Assembly: GCA_963740315.1 (NCBI GenBank)
Contig: CAVUDP010000002.1
Span: 2,272,001 to 2,336,000, forward strand
From: an uncultured cyanobacterium
Lineage (GTDB): Bacteria > Cyanobacteriota > Cyanobacteriia > Cyanobacteriales > Nostocaceae
Direction of reading: 5' to 3'
DNA: 64,000 nucleotides
A model generated the notes under the pieces. It saw nothing but the letters and a program-made list of their open reading frames with translations. It made no database searches and was not told the DNA's origin. This document shows positions 28,870-39,053 of this stretch, one piece after another. Each line of letters starts with the position of its first letter. Position 1 is the stretch's first letter. A program made the position numbers and the translations under genes.

Positions 28870-30906
28870 ATGAATAAAATAACAGCAATAACTATTAGAC
28901 ATTGGAAACCCGTAATACTTTGGAACCTATTAGTTTTAGGTGTAATTAGTTATATTACGGTAACTACACCCCGCGTTTGGAATGCAACAGCACAGTTGAC
29001 GATTCCGGCAACAAATGGCAATTTGGATGCTAGTTTAGGTATTTTGGGTTCTTTCAAAAAAGATAATTCTAGTATTTCTGCAATTAGTGACAGCCAATTA
29101 CAAATGCAGAAAAGTCTTTTAACTAGCGATACTTTGATAGAAAAAGTACTCAGCATAGATCCTTTAAAAAGTGAGTTTAATTTGTCTGGTTACAAGTCGC
29201 TATTTGAAGTTTCTGTTGATGAAAATTCGCGTATCCTGACGATAGATGTTAAAGGTTCCGATCCAGAGTTAGCGAAATTACGAACAAACAATTTGCTCCA
29301 ATTATTTCAACAGCGGCTCAAAGAACTCCGGCAACAAAACCGTTTATCAAAAAGGCAATTTAGTGCGGAAGAATTAAAAGAAGCTAAAAATAATTTGTTT
29401 TCAGCACAAGAAAATTTAGCTAAGTTTAAACAATCTAGCCAATTAGTTGATGCCGAAGAACAAACTAAAGCAGTTGTTACTACTATTGATGGCTTAACCA
29501 AAGCTCATTTAGAAGCCTTATCCCAAGCAGAATACAATCAAAATCGGGTAAATACTCTATCAAATCTGTTGAGTATGTCATCTAATCAAGCGGTTCGTTC
29601 TTTAAGCTTGGGCGAAAATAGAGACTATCAATTCATGAGAGGAAAGCTAGCAGAAATAAAAGCTAACTTAACGGCTTTACGTGCTAAATATACCGAAAAT
29701 CATCCCCAAGTCCAAGAACTCGTACAGCAAGAGCAAGTAATATTAAATCGGATGCAGAATCAAGTTCAACGAACTGCTGGTGGAATGTCTATCGACACTA
29801 CCGTAAGCGGTGAAGGACAAGGACGCGCAGGTTTAATTGAACAATTAATTTTGGCACAAACTGAAGCCTCCGGTCAACTAAGCCGCGCTCAACTGATACA
29901 AAGTCAAATAAATCAACTCAAAGCTAATTTAAATTCCATTCCCGCGCAACAAAAAAAATTATCAGAACTACAGCGTAATGTTGATGTTGCTGAAGGCGTT
30001 TACAAAGGTTTAGTTGCTCAAGTACAGCAAACTAATATCGATGTTTTTGATGTTTATCCCAATGTGGAAACATTAGATGCAACTAGAGTTAATAACAAAG
30101 CGATCGCTCCCAAAAAATCGTTAATGATTTTAAATGCTTTGTTGGCAGGAATAGTTGGCAGCATTGCTCTAATATTACTTTTAGAAAGACGCAACCCATT
30201 ATTAAGTCCGCAAGACTTAAAAGATATGAAATTCCCGATAGTTGTTTCTATCCCTCATTTCAAAGATGGGGCATTAATCTGGGAATTAGATGATGAAAAA
30301 CAGTTAAAATTTCAACGTCTTGCTTCAGCAGTTAGCTTGCAACATTTAAATAACCATCATCTATTAATTACCAGCGCAATGGAAGGTGAAGGTAAAACAA
30401 CCGTGACTTTAGGGTTAGCAAAAGCATTAGTAGATTTAGGTTTTCGGGTACTGGTAGTTGACGGAGATTTTATCCGAGCCGAACTTTCTCAAAACTTGGG
30501 TTACTCTCAAGAATTAAACGGTGCAAATGCGGTTATTCCCATAGAACCAAATTTAGATTTATTGCCTACAAAACCACAAAACGGCAAAATTGTCCAAATG
30601 GTATCCCAGGGACATTTTCAACAAGCTTTAGCAGATGCGGAATCTCATGCTAAATACGATTATGTTTTAGTTGATACCGCTCCAGTCAGCGTTACAAGTG
30701 CCACACCATTAATGACGGCTCAAATTCCCAATGTTTTATTTGTTGTTAAACAAGGTATGAGTTTTAGTAACTCAGTTCGCGACAGCTTAGAGCAGTTAAT
30801 GGAACATCAAGCTCAAGTATTGGGTTTAGTCGTAAATGGTGTAGAAACTTCTGCCAAGCCTTACAAGCAACGTTTGAACAATGAACAATTATCAATGAAC
30901 AGTTAA
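28870..30906 (+). CDS. wzc: Wzc/GumC polysaccharide co-polymerase with a BY-kinase-like domain
   Basis: Two TM helices, coiled coil, YTENHPQV, Walker A SAMEGEGKTT, VVDGD, VLVDTAP. Confidence 0.88.
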   Translation: MNKITAITIRHWKPVILWNLLVLGVISYITVTTPRVWNATAQLTIPATNGNLDASLGILGSFKKDNSSISAISDSQLQMQKSLLTSDTLIEKVLSIDPLKSEFNLSGYKSLFEVSVDENSRILTIDVKGSDPELAKLRTNNLLQLFQQRLKELRQQNRLSKRQFSAEELKEAKNNLFSAQENLAKFKQSSQLVDAEEQTKAVVTTIDGLTKAHLEALSQAEYNQNRVNTLSNLLSMSSNQAVRSLSLGENRDYQFMRGKLAEIKANLTALRAKYTENHPQVQELVQQEQVILNRMQNQVQRTAGGMSIDTTVSGEGQGRAGLIEQLILAQTEASGQLSRAQLIQSQINQLKANLNSIPAQQKKLSELQRNVDVAEGVYKGLVAQVQQTNIDVFDVYPNVETLDATRVNNKAIAPKKSLMILNALLAGIVGSIALILLLERRNPLLSPQDLKDMKFPIVVSIPHFKDGALIWELDDEKQLKFQRLASAVSLQHLNNHHLLITSAMEGEGKTTVTLGLAKALVDLGFRVLVVDGDFIRAELSQNLGYSQELNGANAVIPIEPNLDLLPTKPQNGKIVQMVSQGHFQQALADAESHAKYDYVLVDTAPVSVTSATPLMTAQIPNVLFVVKQGMSFSNSVRDSLEQLMEHQAQVLGLVVNGVETSAKPYKQRLNNEQLSMNS

Positions 30907-30943
30907 CAATTGGGGATTGGGCACGGGGCATAGGATCTGCATG

Positions 30944-31255
30944 TTAAAGGTCAAAATATCCTTCTAAAGCAGCAAACGCCAACCCGCGTATCGGTAACAT
31001 TAAAGGTGCTATAAACATTGCCCCGATAATTACGGCAGCACTATTACTCAACAAACCAAAAGTGGCGTTAGCGCAGGAAGCAAAAAATAAAATTAGATAC
31101 TTAGAATTAATAGATGATTCTAACTGTAAATTATCTTGTAATTCCTTTAACTCAAAGGCGTGAACTTTGTTGTTAACCAAAACGGACAGATGATGATTAA
31201 TTTTTTGTGCATATTTTTTGGCTAACAACCGCCTAAAATAAATTGTTGCAACCAC
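30944..31255 (-). pseudogene. DUF389-family membrane protein, 5' fragment (copy 1)
   Basis: ATFGLLSNSAAVIIGAMFIAPLMLPIRGLAFAALEG is the DUF389 N-terminal motif; the ORF ends after 103 aa. Confidence 0.7.
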
Positions 31256-31351
31256 ATTACATTTGCGGAGATTCTCGTAATTTACGAAATTTCAAGCCAA
31301 ACATAAACATCGGGGTGCAACAAATGTTAAATAATTTCTACAATTTGTGTT

Positions 31352-31562
31352 ATGGCAATTGAAGCTGCGGTTGGTGAAACCGTTGGTATCTCTAAGCGTG
31401 GCGACGTTACCGCAAATTTTTAGCTGGTTTCGTCAGATACCTTACACTTTATTATTAGTAATCCCCGGTTTGGGTTTAGCGTTCATTGATGTGCGGTTAG
31501 TAAATTTTTCCCCTGCATTAATCCTGGCGATTTTCCTGCCTGCTTTTAACTTTATATATTGA
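31352..31562 (+). pseudogene. Frameshifted, truncated 5' copy of the Na+/H+ antiporter gene
   Basis: Aligns to 33127-33363 with a 41-bp deletion between GTATC microhomologies. Confidence 0.85.
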
Positions 31563-31843
31563 AGGAACGTTAAGTTTTGGGAAGTAATTATAGTAAGTAA
31601 TTCTAATTATTGTAAGCTAACCATGTCACATCGACCGTGGTAAATTATACACTATTAGTCAAGCATCATCACAAGCAGGCAAAAGCAATAGACATCTCCG
31701 GTTAGGAAAAAGAACTAAATAAAAATCTCTTTCCGAAAAAGACTTTGACTTTAGATTAAATCAAGTATAATTACTATTTAATTATTTCTGAGCTTTTAGA
31801 AAAGTAGCAATGTTGAAAAATTATCTATTAGAAAGGATAAAAC

Positions 31844-32695
31844 ATGACTTTACAAATTGATTATTCAAATTATTTTTTATCTGTATGTAAATCTTTAGTT
31901 AAGTTATTGATAATTCCTCATAAATTCAAATTGCAATTATCACAAGTTAATTTGAAGTTAAAATTGCTAAAATTGGCGGTGACTCCAAGATATACACCAA
32001 CATCTATCAATCTATTTGGTGGTATATTCAAATTGGTTGATTCTGCTTCATTTTTGTGGACGTATTATGAAATTTTTGATTCAGAAATTTATAATTTCAA
32101 TTCAGAAAGTAGTAATCCTTTAATTATCGATTGTGGAGCTAATATTGGTTTGAGTATTTTATATTTAAAAAAAATATATCCTGAGAGCCGTATAATAGCA
32201 TTTGAACCAGATTTAAATATTTTCAAAACTTTAGAAGAAAATATCAAAAATTATAATATTTCTAATGTAGAATTAATTAGAAAAGCCGTTTGGAAGTCGG
32301 AAGAATTACTCGAATTCACATCGGAAGGTTCAGATGCAGGAAGATTATCTGATAACCAGGAATCAAACTTAAAAAAATATCAAGTTCCAACAGTTATTCT
32401 ACGCAATTATTTAAAACAACCTGTAGACTTTCTAAAAATAGATATTGAAGGTGCTGAGACTGAAGTTTTAAAAGACTGTCAAGAAGAACTTGTAAATGTT
32501 AAAAAGATATTTGTTGAGTATCATTCATTTGCCGATAAACCTCAATCATTAAATATTTTAATTGATATTTTAAGCAAGGCAGGTTTTAGAATTTATGTTC
32601 AAACATTATGTCAATCTCCGCAACCTTTGCATACTATTGAAGTGTTAAATGGTATGGATATGCAGTTAAACATTTTTGGTTTACGTGAATCCTAA
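31844..32695 (+). CDS. FkbM family methyltransferase
   Basis: IIDCGANIG, IAFEPD, DFLKIDIEGAE, FVEYH; AAGGA RBS. Confidence 0.9.
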   Translation: MTLQIDYSNYFLSVCKSLVKLLIIPHKFKLQLSQVNLKLKLLKLAVTPRYTPTSINLFGGIFKLVDSASFLWTYYEIFDSEIYNFNSESSNPLIIDCGANIGLSILYLKKIYPESRIIAFEPDLNIFKTLEENIKNYNISNVELIRKAVWKSEELLEFTSEGSDAGRLSDNQESNLKKYQVPTVILRNYLKQPVDFLKIDIEGAETEVLKDCQEELVNVKKIFVEYHSFADKPQSLNILIDILSKAGFRIYVQTLCQSPQPLHTIEVLNGMDMQLNIFGLRES

Positions 32696-32844
32696 CTTAA
32701 AAAATAGTCATTTTGTTGATAAAAATTAATTGTAGCCTCAAGGAACGAGTTAACCCATTTGTTTCGATTTTATCTAACTTCACTCATCGTGAAAAGTCCA
32801 ATTACCCAAACTGGCGATCGCCCGCAACGCACTCCGCGTTGAAT

Positions 32845-33030
32845 GCCCAGAAAGCAAAAATTAAAATCAGATACTTAGAATTAATAGATGATTCTAGCTA
32901 TAAAATCTCTTGTAATTCCTTTAACTCAAACGGGTGGACTTTGTTGCTAACCAAAACAGATAGCAGATGATTAATTTTTTTATGCATATTTTTTGCCTAA
33001 CAACCGCCTAAAATAAATTGTTGCAACCAC
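32845..33030 (-). pseudogene. Second, more decayed DUF389 5' remnant (copy 2)
   Basis: Nucleotide homology to 31072-31255, with indels and stops. Confidence 0.65.
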
Positions 33031-33126
33031 ATTAGTTTTGCGGTGATTCTCGTAATTTAAGAGATTCAAAGCTAAACATAAACATCGGGGTGCAACAAAT
33101 GTTAAAAAAAATCTACAATTAAGGCT

Positions 33127-34695
33127 ATGGCAATTGAAGCTGCGGTGGGTGAAACCGCCGGTATCGAACAAAATCTCAAACAATTTCTCTTAGTACTGTC
33201 CGTATCTCTAAGTGTGGCGACGTTACCGCAAATTTTTAGCTGGTTTCGTCAAATACCTTACACTTTATTGTTAGTAATCGCCGGTTTGGGTTTAGCGTTC
33301 ATTGATGTACGGTTAGTAAATCTTTCCCCCGCATTAATCCTGACGATTTTCCTGCCTCCTTTACTATTTGAAGCGGCATGGAATTTAAAGTGGTCGAATT
33401 TAAAACGAGATTTCTTTCCTATTACTCTTTACGCTGTTGTCGGAGTGCTAATTTCGATTGTTGGCGTAGCACTCGGTTTAAATCAAGTTGCCGGATTGCC
33501 TTTAAGCACGGCTTTACTTATTGGTGCAAGTCTTTCTGCTACCGATCCGGTTTCGGTAACTGCTTTGTTTCGCGAATTGGGGGTTGACAAACGCCTCACC
33601 ACTTTAATGGAAGGGGAAAGTTTGTTCAACGACGGGATGGCAGTTGTTGCTTTTGGTTTCTTGGTTGCACTGCCTTTGGGAACTGCGAAACTGGGAGTAC
33701 AAGATGTTGTCTTAGAGTTAATTAGCGTTATCGGTATCGGTCTTGCAGTTGGTGGTTTAATTGGTTTTGGAATTTCCTATCTAACTCAAAGATTCGATTT
33801 ACCCTTAGTAGAACAATCTTTAACGTTAGTTTCAGCTTACGGTACATACATTATTGCCGAAGAATTTGGCGGTTCTGGTGTAATTGGTGTTGTTACCTGT
33901 GGTTTAATTTTAGGTAATTTTGGTTCCCGAATCGGCATGAATCCGCGTACCAGGGTAATTGTCAGCGAGTTTTGGGAATTTGTGGCTTTCTTCGTCAATT
34001 CAATCGTTTTCTTATTAATTGGCGATCAAATAAGATTTTCCAACCTTGCAGACAACCTGGGAATTATCGGCATCACAATTGCGGGGATGGTGATATCGAG
34101 ATTAGTTTCCGTCTACGCTTTAGGTTTCTTCAGCAATCGTGTAGTTAATTCCGGTATTAGTTTAGCCGAGCAAACAATTCTTTGGTGGGGAGGTTTGCGG
34201 GGTTCGGTTTCTATTGCTCTAGCATTAAGCGTACCGACTATTTTAGGAAACGAAAGAGAAGACATTATTTCTACGGTCTTTGGGGTAGTTTTATTTACTT
34301 TATTAGTACAAGGATTAACTACAAAACCTTTACTAAAACGACTGAATCTTCTTGGCGATCAACCTTTACGTCAGGAATATATGCAGTTCGTAGCGCGTGA
34401 AAATGCTCTACAACGAGTTCTCAAATACTTAGATGAAGTAGACGACGAGCGTCCCGGACTTGATTTAGAATTTTGTCGCTACCAGGAAGCATTAATAAAA
34501 GGAGAACTGAGTAATATCTCAGAAAAAATCAATAAATTACAGATTGAGCATCCCAGCTTAAGAGCATTTGCCAGCGAACAATTGCGGAATGAACTATTAG
34601 CAGTAGAAGCCGATACCTATGCCGAATTTGTGCGTAATGGTCGATTAAATCAAGAACTTGCGCCTTTATTGCAAGACGTTTTGGAAGAAGATTAG
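33127..34695 (+). CDS. CPA1 family Na+/H+ antiporter (NhaS/NhaP-like)
   Basis: FLPPLLFEAA, SATDPVSV, MEGESLFNDG, WWGGLRGSVSIALAL. Confidence 0.93.
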   Translation: MAIEAAVGETAGIEQNLKQFLLVLSVSLSVATLPQIFSWFRQIPYTLLLVIAGLGLAFIDVRLVNLSPALILTIFLPPLLFEAAWNLKWSNLKRDFFPITLYAVVGVLISIVGVALGLNQVAGLPLSTALLIGASLSATDPVSVTALFRELGVDKRLTTLMEGESLFNDGMAVVAFGFLVALPLGTAKLGVQDVVLELISVIGIGLAVGGLIGFGISYLTQRFDLPLVEQSLTLVSAYGTYIIAEEFGGSGVIGVVTCGLILGNFGSRIGMNPRTRVIVSEFWEFVAFFVNSIVFLLIGDQIRFSNLADNLGIIGITIAGMVISRLVSVYALGFFSNRVVNSGISLAEQTILWWGGLRGSVSIALALSVPTILGNEREDIISTVFGVVLFTLLVQGLTTKPLLKRLNLLGDQPLRQEYMQFVARENALQRVLKYLDEVDDERPGLDLEFCRYQEALIKGELSNISEKINKLQIEHPSLRAFASEQLRNELLAVEADTYAEFVRNGRLNQELAPLLQDVLEED

Positions 34696-34715
34696 TTAAT
34701 TTGTGAACTAGTGAA

Positions 34716-34826
34716 CTGGTTCCCAGTAAGACGGCTGGGAACCCCTATGTGAGAGGCTCTGCCTCGTGTAAAATCTGGAGGCAGAGCCTCAATAAATGCA
34801 TTACAAGGTAGAACCTTGTAACGAGA
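34716..34826. repeat. Three-hairpin dispersed repeat
   Basis: GGTTCCCAG..CTGGGAACC; GAGGCTCTGCCTC..GAGGCAGAGCCTC; TTACAAGGT..ACCTTGTAA. Confidence 0.7.
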
Positions 34827-34916
34827 TAACGAGAAAAGCTCTTTTAGTTATCTGCAAATCGAGCTATTGTAGATTGCGTATCACTACACAAACCCCAGCA
34901 TTTACCACTTCTCACA

Positions 34917-37277
34917 ATGCCAGAATTCATCGGACAACTGCCCAAACGCGAACCTGCTTGGAATGCAATCTCTTCAGTGCAAAGCTTCCAACGCTACAAC
35001 CAAGAAATACATTTCGATTGCGGTAATAATTCCCGTCTGACTCTAACCATTCTTGCAAATAACTTAATTCGAGTCCGTTTTTCACCCTCTGGGGAGTTGA
35101 CACCGAGACGGAGTTGGGCTGTAAATTTACCGGATGCAGAATGGAATAATGTCAATTTCGATATTCAAGAAACTGATGAACAAATTACCATCGAAACTGA
35201 GAAAATCAAGGTTTGCGTGCAGCGCGATCGTTGTAAGGTAATGTGTTTCGATAAAGCTGGGAATCCTTTCGCTCATGATATAGATTTAGGGATTGGTTAT
35301 CGTAAAGGTGAAATTTCTAGTTGGAAAGAAATAACCGCAGAAGAAAGATTTTACGGTTTTGGCGAGCGATCGGGATTATTAAATCAACGGGGTAAGTGTT
35401 TAACTAATTGGACGACGGATTGTTTGGATTACACGATGCTGACGGATGAGATGTACCAAGCAATTCCGTTTTTTATGTCTTTGCGTCCAAATGTTGGTTA
35501 TGGTTTGTTCTTTAATACAACTTTTTGGAGTCAGTTTGATATCGGTGCGACGCAATTAAATACTCTACAATTAAAAACTCAAGACAGCGAACTCGATTAC
35601 TATATTATTTACGGTCCCGAACCTGCAACAATTCTCGAAACCTATACCCAGCTTACCGGAAGAATGCCGTTACCACCGCGTTGGGCTTTGGGTTATCATC
35701 AATGCCGTTGGAGTTACGACTCGGAAACCGAAGTTAGGGAATTAGTCAAACAGTTGCGCGATCGCCGTATTCCCTGCGATGTGATTCACTTAGATATCGA
35801 TTATATGCAGGGTTTTCGGGTATTTACTTGGAACAAACAGCGGTTTCCCAATCCCAAAAAGTTAATAGAAGAGTTATCGCAACAAGGAATCAAAGTTGTT
35901 AATATTATCGATCCTGGAGTAAAATTCGACCCAGAGGCAGATTACCAAGTCTGCGATCGAGGTTTAGAGAAAGATTATTTCATCCGTAGGGCAGATGGCA
36001 AGGTATTCCACGGTTATGTATGGCCCGACAGAGCGGTTTTTCCGGATTTTATGCGTGCGGATGTACGTGAATGGTGGGGTAATTTACAGCACAATCTTAC
36101 GGATGTGGGTGTGGCTGGTATTTGGAATGATATGAACGAGCCAGCCTTGAACGATCGCCCTTTCGGAGATTTGGAAGGTGTTAAAATTACCTTTCCGATG
36201 GATGCACCTTCCGGTGATGGGGAAGATAAAACTACTTGGAAGGAAACCCATAATTTATACGGGATGAATATGGCGCGTGCTTCCTATGAAGGGTTGCAGA
36301 AATTGCGCTCCGATAAACGTTCTTTTGTATTAACTCGTTCCGGTTTTGCGGGAGTGCAGCGTTATTCTGCGGTTTGGACTGGTGACAATCATTCAAAGTG
36401 GGAATACCTGGAAATGTCCTTACCGATGCTGTGTAATTTGGGATTATCCGGTGTCGCTTTTGTGGGTGCAGATATCGGTGGATTTGCGGGAGATGCATCG
36501 CCAGAATTATTCGCTCGCTGGATGCAGGTAGGAATGTTGTATCCCTTAATGCGTGCCCATTCGATGATTTATACCAAGCGTCACGAACCTTGGGAATTTG
36601 GTCAAGAAGTAGAAGATATTTGTCGCAAATATATTGAGTTACGCTACCAATTATTACCTTACTTCTATACTTTATTTTGGCAAGCAGCAACAAAAGGCGA
36701 ACCAATTTTACGTCCTTTACTTTATCATTATCCTAACGATGTTAAAACCTACGAATTATACGATCAAGTATTAATAGGTGATTCAATAATGGCAGCACCA
36801 ATCTATCGTCCGGGGGTAGAAAATCGCCTGGTATATTTACCCGAAGGTACCTGGTATGACTGGTGGAGTAGAAAATTATTACAAGGTTCGCAACACATCC
36901 TCGTTGATGCACCTTTAGAAAAAATGCCTTTATTTATTCGTGCTGGTGCAATTATTCCTTTGGTTTCAGTAATGCAATATGCAGAAGAATTACCAGTAAA
37001 TGAAATGCGGTTATTAGTTGCACCAGGTAAAGGAGAATTTACGCTATATGAAGACGACGGCAATACATTTGGATATCAAGATGGGATGAATTCTACTACA
37101 CAATATAAAGTGGATTTAGAAGGAGATAAGGTAGAAGTTGAAGTTGGAGAAAGAAAAGGAAAATGGACTCCTATTGAGCGTAAAATCATTGTTGAAGTGA
37201 TAGGTAAAGGTGAACAAGAATTTACAGATGATGGAAAATCAAAGCGGCTTTTTTTCAAAAATAATGTAGAGACGTAG
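34917..37277 (+). CDS. Glycoside hydrolase family 31 (alpha-glucosidase)
   Basis: WALGYHQCRWSY, HLDIDYM, GIWNDMNEP, WTGDN, GADIGGF. Confidence 0.93.
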   Translation: MPEFIGQLPKREPAWNAISSVQSFQRYNQEIHFDCGNNSRLTLTILANNLIRVRFSPSGELTPRRSWAVNLPDAEWNNVNFDIQETDEQITIETEKIKVCVQRDRCKVMCFDKAGNPFAHDIDLGIGYRKGEISSWKEITAEERFYGFGERSGLLNQRGKCLTNWTTDCLDYTMLTDEMYQAIPFFMSLRPNVGYGLFFNTTFWSQFDIGATQLNTLQLKTQDSELDYYIIYGPEPATILETYTQLTGRMPLPPRWALGYHQCRWSYDSETEVRELVKQLRDRRIPCDVIHLDIDYMQGFRVFTWNKQRFPNPKKLIEELSQQGIKVVNIIDPGVKFDPEADYQVCDRGLEKDYFIRRADGKVFHGYVWPDRAVFPDFMRADVREWWGNLQHNLTDVGVAGIWNDMNEPALNDRPFGDLEGVKITFPMDAPSGDGEDKTTWKETHNLYGMNMARASYEGLQKLRSDKRSFVLTRSGFAGVQRYSAVWTGDNHSKWEYLEMSLPMLCNLGLSGVAFVGADIGGFAGDASPELFARWMQVGMLYPLMRAHSMIYTKRHEPWEFGQEVEDICRKYIELRYQLLPYFYTLFWQAATKGEPILRPLLYHYPNDVKTYELYDQVLIGDSIMAAPIYRPGVENRLVYLPEGTWYDWWSRKLLQGSQHILVDAPLEKMPLFIRAGAIIPLVSVMQYAEELPVNEMRLLVAPGKGEFTLYEDDGNTFGYQDGMNSTTQYKVDLEGDKVEVEVGERKGKWTPIERKIIVEVIGKGEQEFTDDGKSKRLFFKNNVET

Positions 37278-37296
37278 CAGTGCTACGTCTCTTTTC

Positions 37297-37546
37297 GTAG
37301 GTTGGGTTAGACACGTTAGCGTTACTCTAACGAGTCAGCAAGCTGAACACGCGGAGCGTGCGGCGAGCGCGTGTCCGGAGGACATAAATCAATTGAATTT
37401 GTAACGATAATTTTTATTCTCGTGTCATAACCGCAACATCAGAATTATGGATGAATAATAAAATACTAATAAGACAATGTTCGGTTACGGCACAAATATA
37501 AATTATTATTAAAAACATACCTTTTCATGTGCCTAACCCAACCTAC
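37297..37546. mobile_element. GTAGGTTGGGTTAG...CTAACCCAACCTAC REPIN/MITE-like element carrying a ~70-nt nested insert
   Basis: Terminal inverted repeats; homologous to 38418-38599 and 62773-62933. Confidence 0.75.
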
Positions 37547-37601
37547 ATAATAAATTAAAATAAAGTATCTAACTTGAAATATTCGCGCAGGGTTAATACC
37601 T

Positions 37602-38300
37602 ATGGTACTCACACCAGAAACCCCAACCAATATCATCTACCCGGATAGTGACGGACAACCAATGGCTGATAACACCAAGCAATTCCAATGGATAGTCACT
37701 ATTAAGGAAAATCTGGAAATATTGTTTGCGTCGCAACCCGATCTTTTCGTAGCTGGTGATTTGCTGTGGTATCCTGTATCGGGGGAATTAACCCGTCAAG
37801 CTCCAGATATTTTGGTTGTTTTTGGTAGACCTAAAGGAGATAGAGGTTCCTACAAACAATGGGAAGAGGAAAATATCCCCGTACAAGTAGTTTTTGAAAT
37901 CCTTTCTCCTGCTAATACTCTCAAAGAAATGGCAAAAAAATTAAAATTTTACGAACGCTATGGAGTTGAGGAATATTACATTTACGATCCGGACAAAATC
38001 GATTTGAATGGCTGGTTAAAAATTAAAGAAGCAAAGGAAAATAGGTTAGAAGTGATTGAAGAGATGGACGGTTGGGTGAGTCCTCTTTTAGGTATAAAGT
38101 TTCAATTAACACCTCAAACCTTAGAAATTTATCGTCCTGATGGAGAAAAATTTATGACTTCCGTTGAACTTGCACAACAACGAGAACAAGAGCGTCAGCG
38201 TGCGGATACTGCACTTTCGCAATTAGAAGTAGAAAAACAACGCTATCAGGATTTATTGAAAAAGTTACAGGAAAAAGGTATCGATCCGGAGCAGTTATAA
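37602..38300 (+). CDS. Uma2 family (DUF820) putative endonuclease
   Basis: YPDSDGQPMADNT, APDILVVFGRPKGDRGSY, VFEILSP, YGVEEYYIYDP. Confidence 0.92.
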   Translation: MVLTPETPTNIIYPDSDGQPMADNTKQFQWIVTIKENLEILFASQPDLFVAGDLLWYPVSGELTRQAPDILVVFGRPKGDRGSYKQWEEENIPVQVVFEILSPANTLKEMAKKLKFYERYGVEEYYIYDPDKIDLNGWLKIKEAKENRLEVIEEMDGWVSPLLGIKFQLTPQTLEIYRPDGEKFMTSVELAQQREQERQRADTALSQLEVEKQRYQDLLKKLQEKGIDPEQL

Positions 38301-38417
38301 AGTCATATTTATTCCTAAGAGGATGTTTTCCAAGTATCTGTTGTAACCTCATTACTGCTTTGATCCCCCCTTCCCCCCAAGTCAGCGGGGGGTTTAAATC
38401 CCCCAAATTAGTAGCTA

Positions 38418-38599
38418 GTAGGTTGGGTTAGACACGTTTACCAAATTAAGCTTGTAACAAAAATCTATTTCCCAAGTGTCGTAACCCAACATCATAATTG
38501 TGGATGAATAGTAAAATATTAATAAGACAATGTTGGGTTACGGCACAAATATAAATTATTCATAAAAATATACTTTTTTGTGTGCCTAACCCAACCTAC
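38418..38599. mobile_element. REPIN/MITE-like element, second copy (no insert)
   Basis: GTAGGTTGGGTTAGACAC...GTGTCGTAACCCAACA...TGTTGGGTTACGGCAC...GTGCCTAACCCAACCTAC. Confidence 0.75.
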
Positions 38600-38651
38600 A
38601 AACTCAAATAAACTTAGTAGTTTACAATAAAAAACAGGAGGTAATTGTTCA

Positions 38652-38984
38652 ATGTCTGTAGAGAATTATCGTCAAATTGTCCAACAATTAATATTAGAAA
38701 AAGCGCAGCGTAAATCATACCCAGAAGAAATCGAGAAGCAAGCTGTTTTAGATACCGAACGCGATCGTTACCTTTTACTACATACGGGCTGGCGCGATAA
38801 TCGTCGGACTCACGGATGTAGTCTTCACATTGATATAAAAGACGGTAAAATTTGGATTCAGCATGATGGAAGCGAAGCCGGAATTGCTACTCAACTATTA
38901 GAATTAGGCGTACCCAAAGAGAATATTGTCTTAGCATTTCATTCTCCTTATATGCGGGAATTTACTGAATTTGCCACACATTAA
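38652..38984 (+). CDS. xisI: XisI family protein
   Basis: DTERDRYLL...GW...HIDIKDGKIWIQHDGSE.GIA..LLELGVPKENIVLAFH; GGAGG RBS. Confidence 0.9.
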   Translation: MSVENYRQIVQQLILEKAQRKSYPEEIEKQAVLDTERDRYLLLHTGWRDNRRTHGCSLHIDIKDGKIWIQHDGSEAGIATQLLELGVPKENIVLAFHSPYMREFTEFATH

Positions 38985-39053
38985 TCGTGTTTTGTGACTA
39001 AAGCTAATAAATAAAGCACCCTACAAATTGATAATTGATAATTGATAATTGAC

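Noticed and set aside
31688..31698. TAGACATCTCC resembling a MITE/IS end
   Set aside because: No matching opposite end or transposase found
32713..33183. ORFs 32713-32970 and 32980-33183 as real genes
   Set aside because: They overlap the decayed DUF389 remnant and the antiporter start; explained by the duplication
36232..37258. Minus-strand ORFs inside GH31, and similar antisense ORFs inside the EPS, tre and AvaK-like genes
   Set aside because: Fully nested antisense to well-supported genes, with no motifs
38652..38984. XisI as evidence of a heterocyst excision element
   Set aside because: No xisF/xisH, no recombinase and no interrupted nif/fdxN/hup gene nearby
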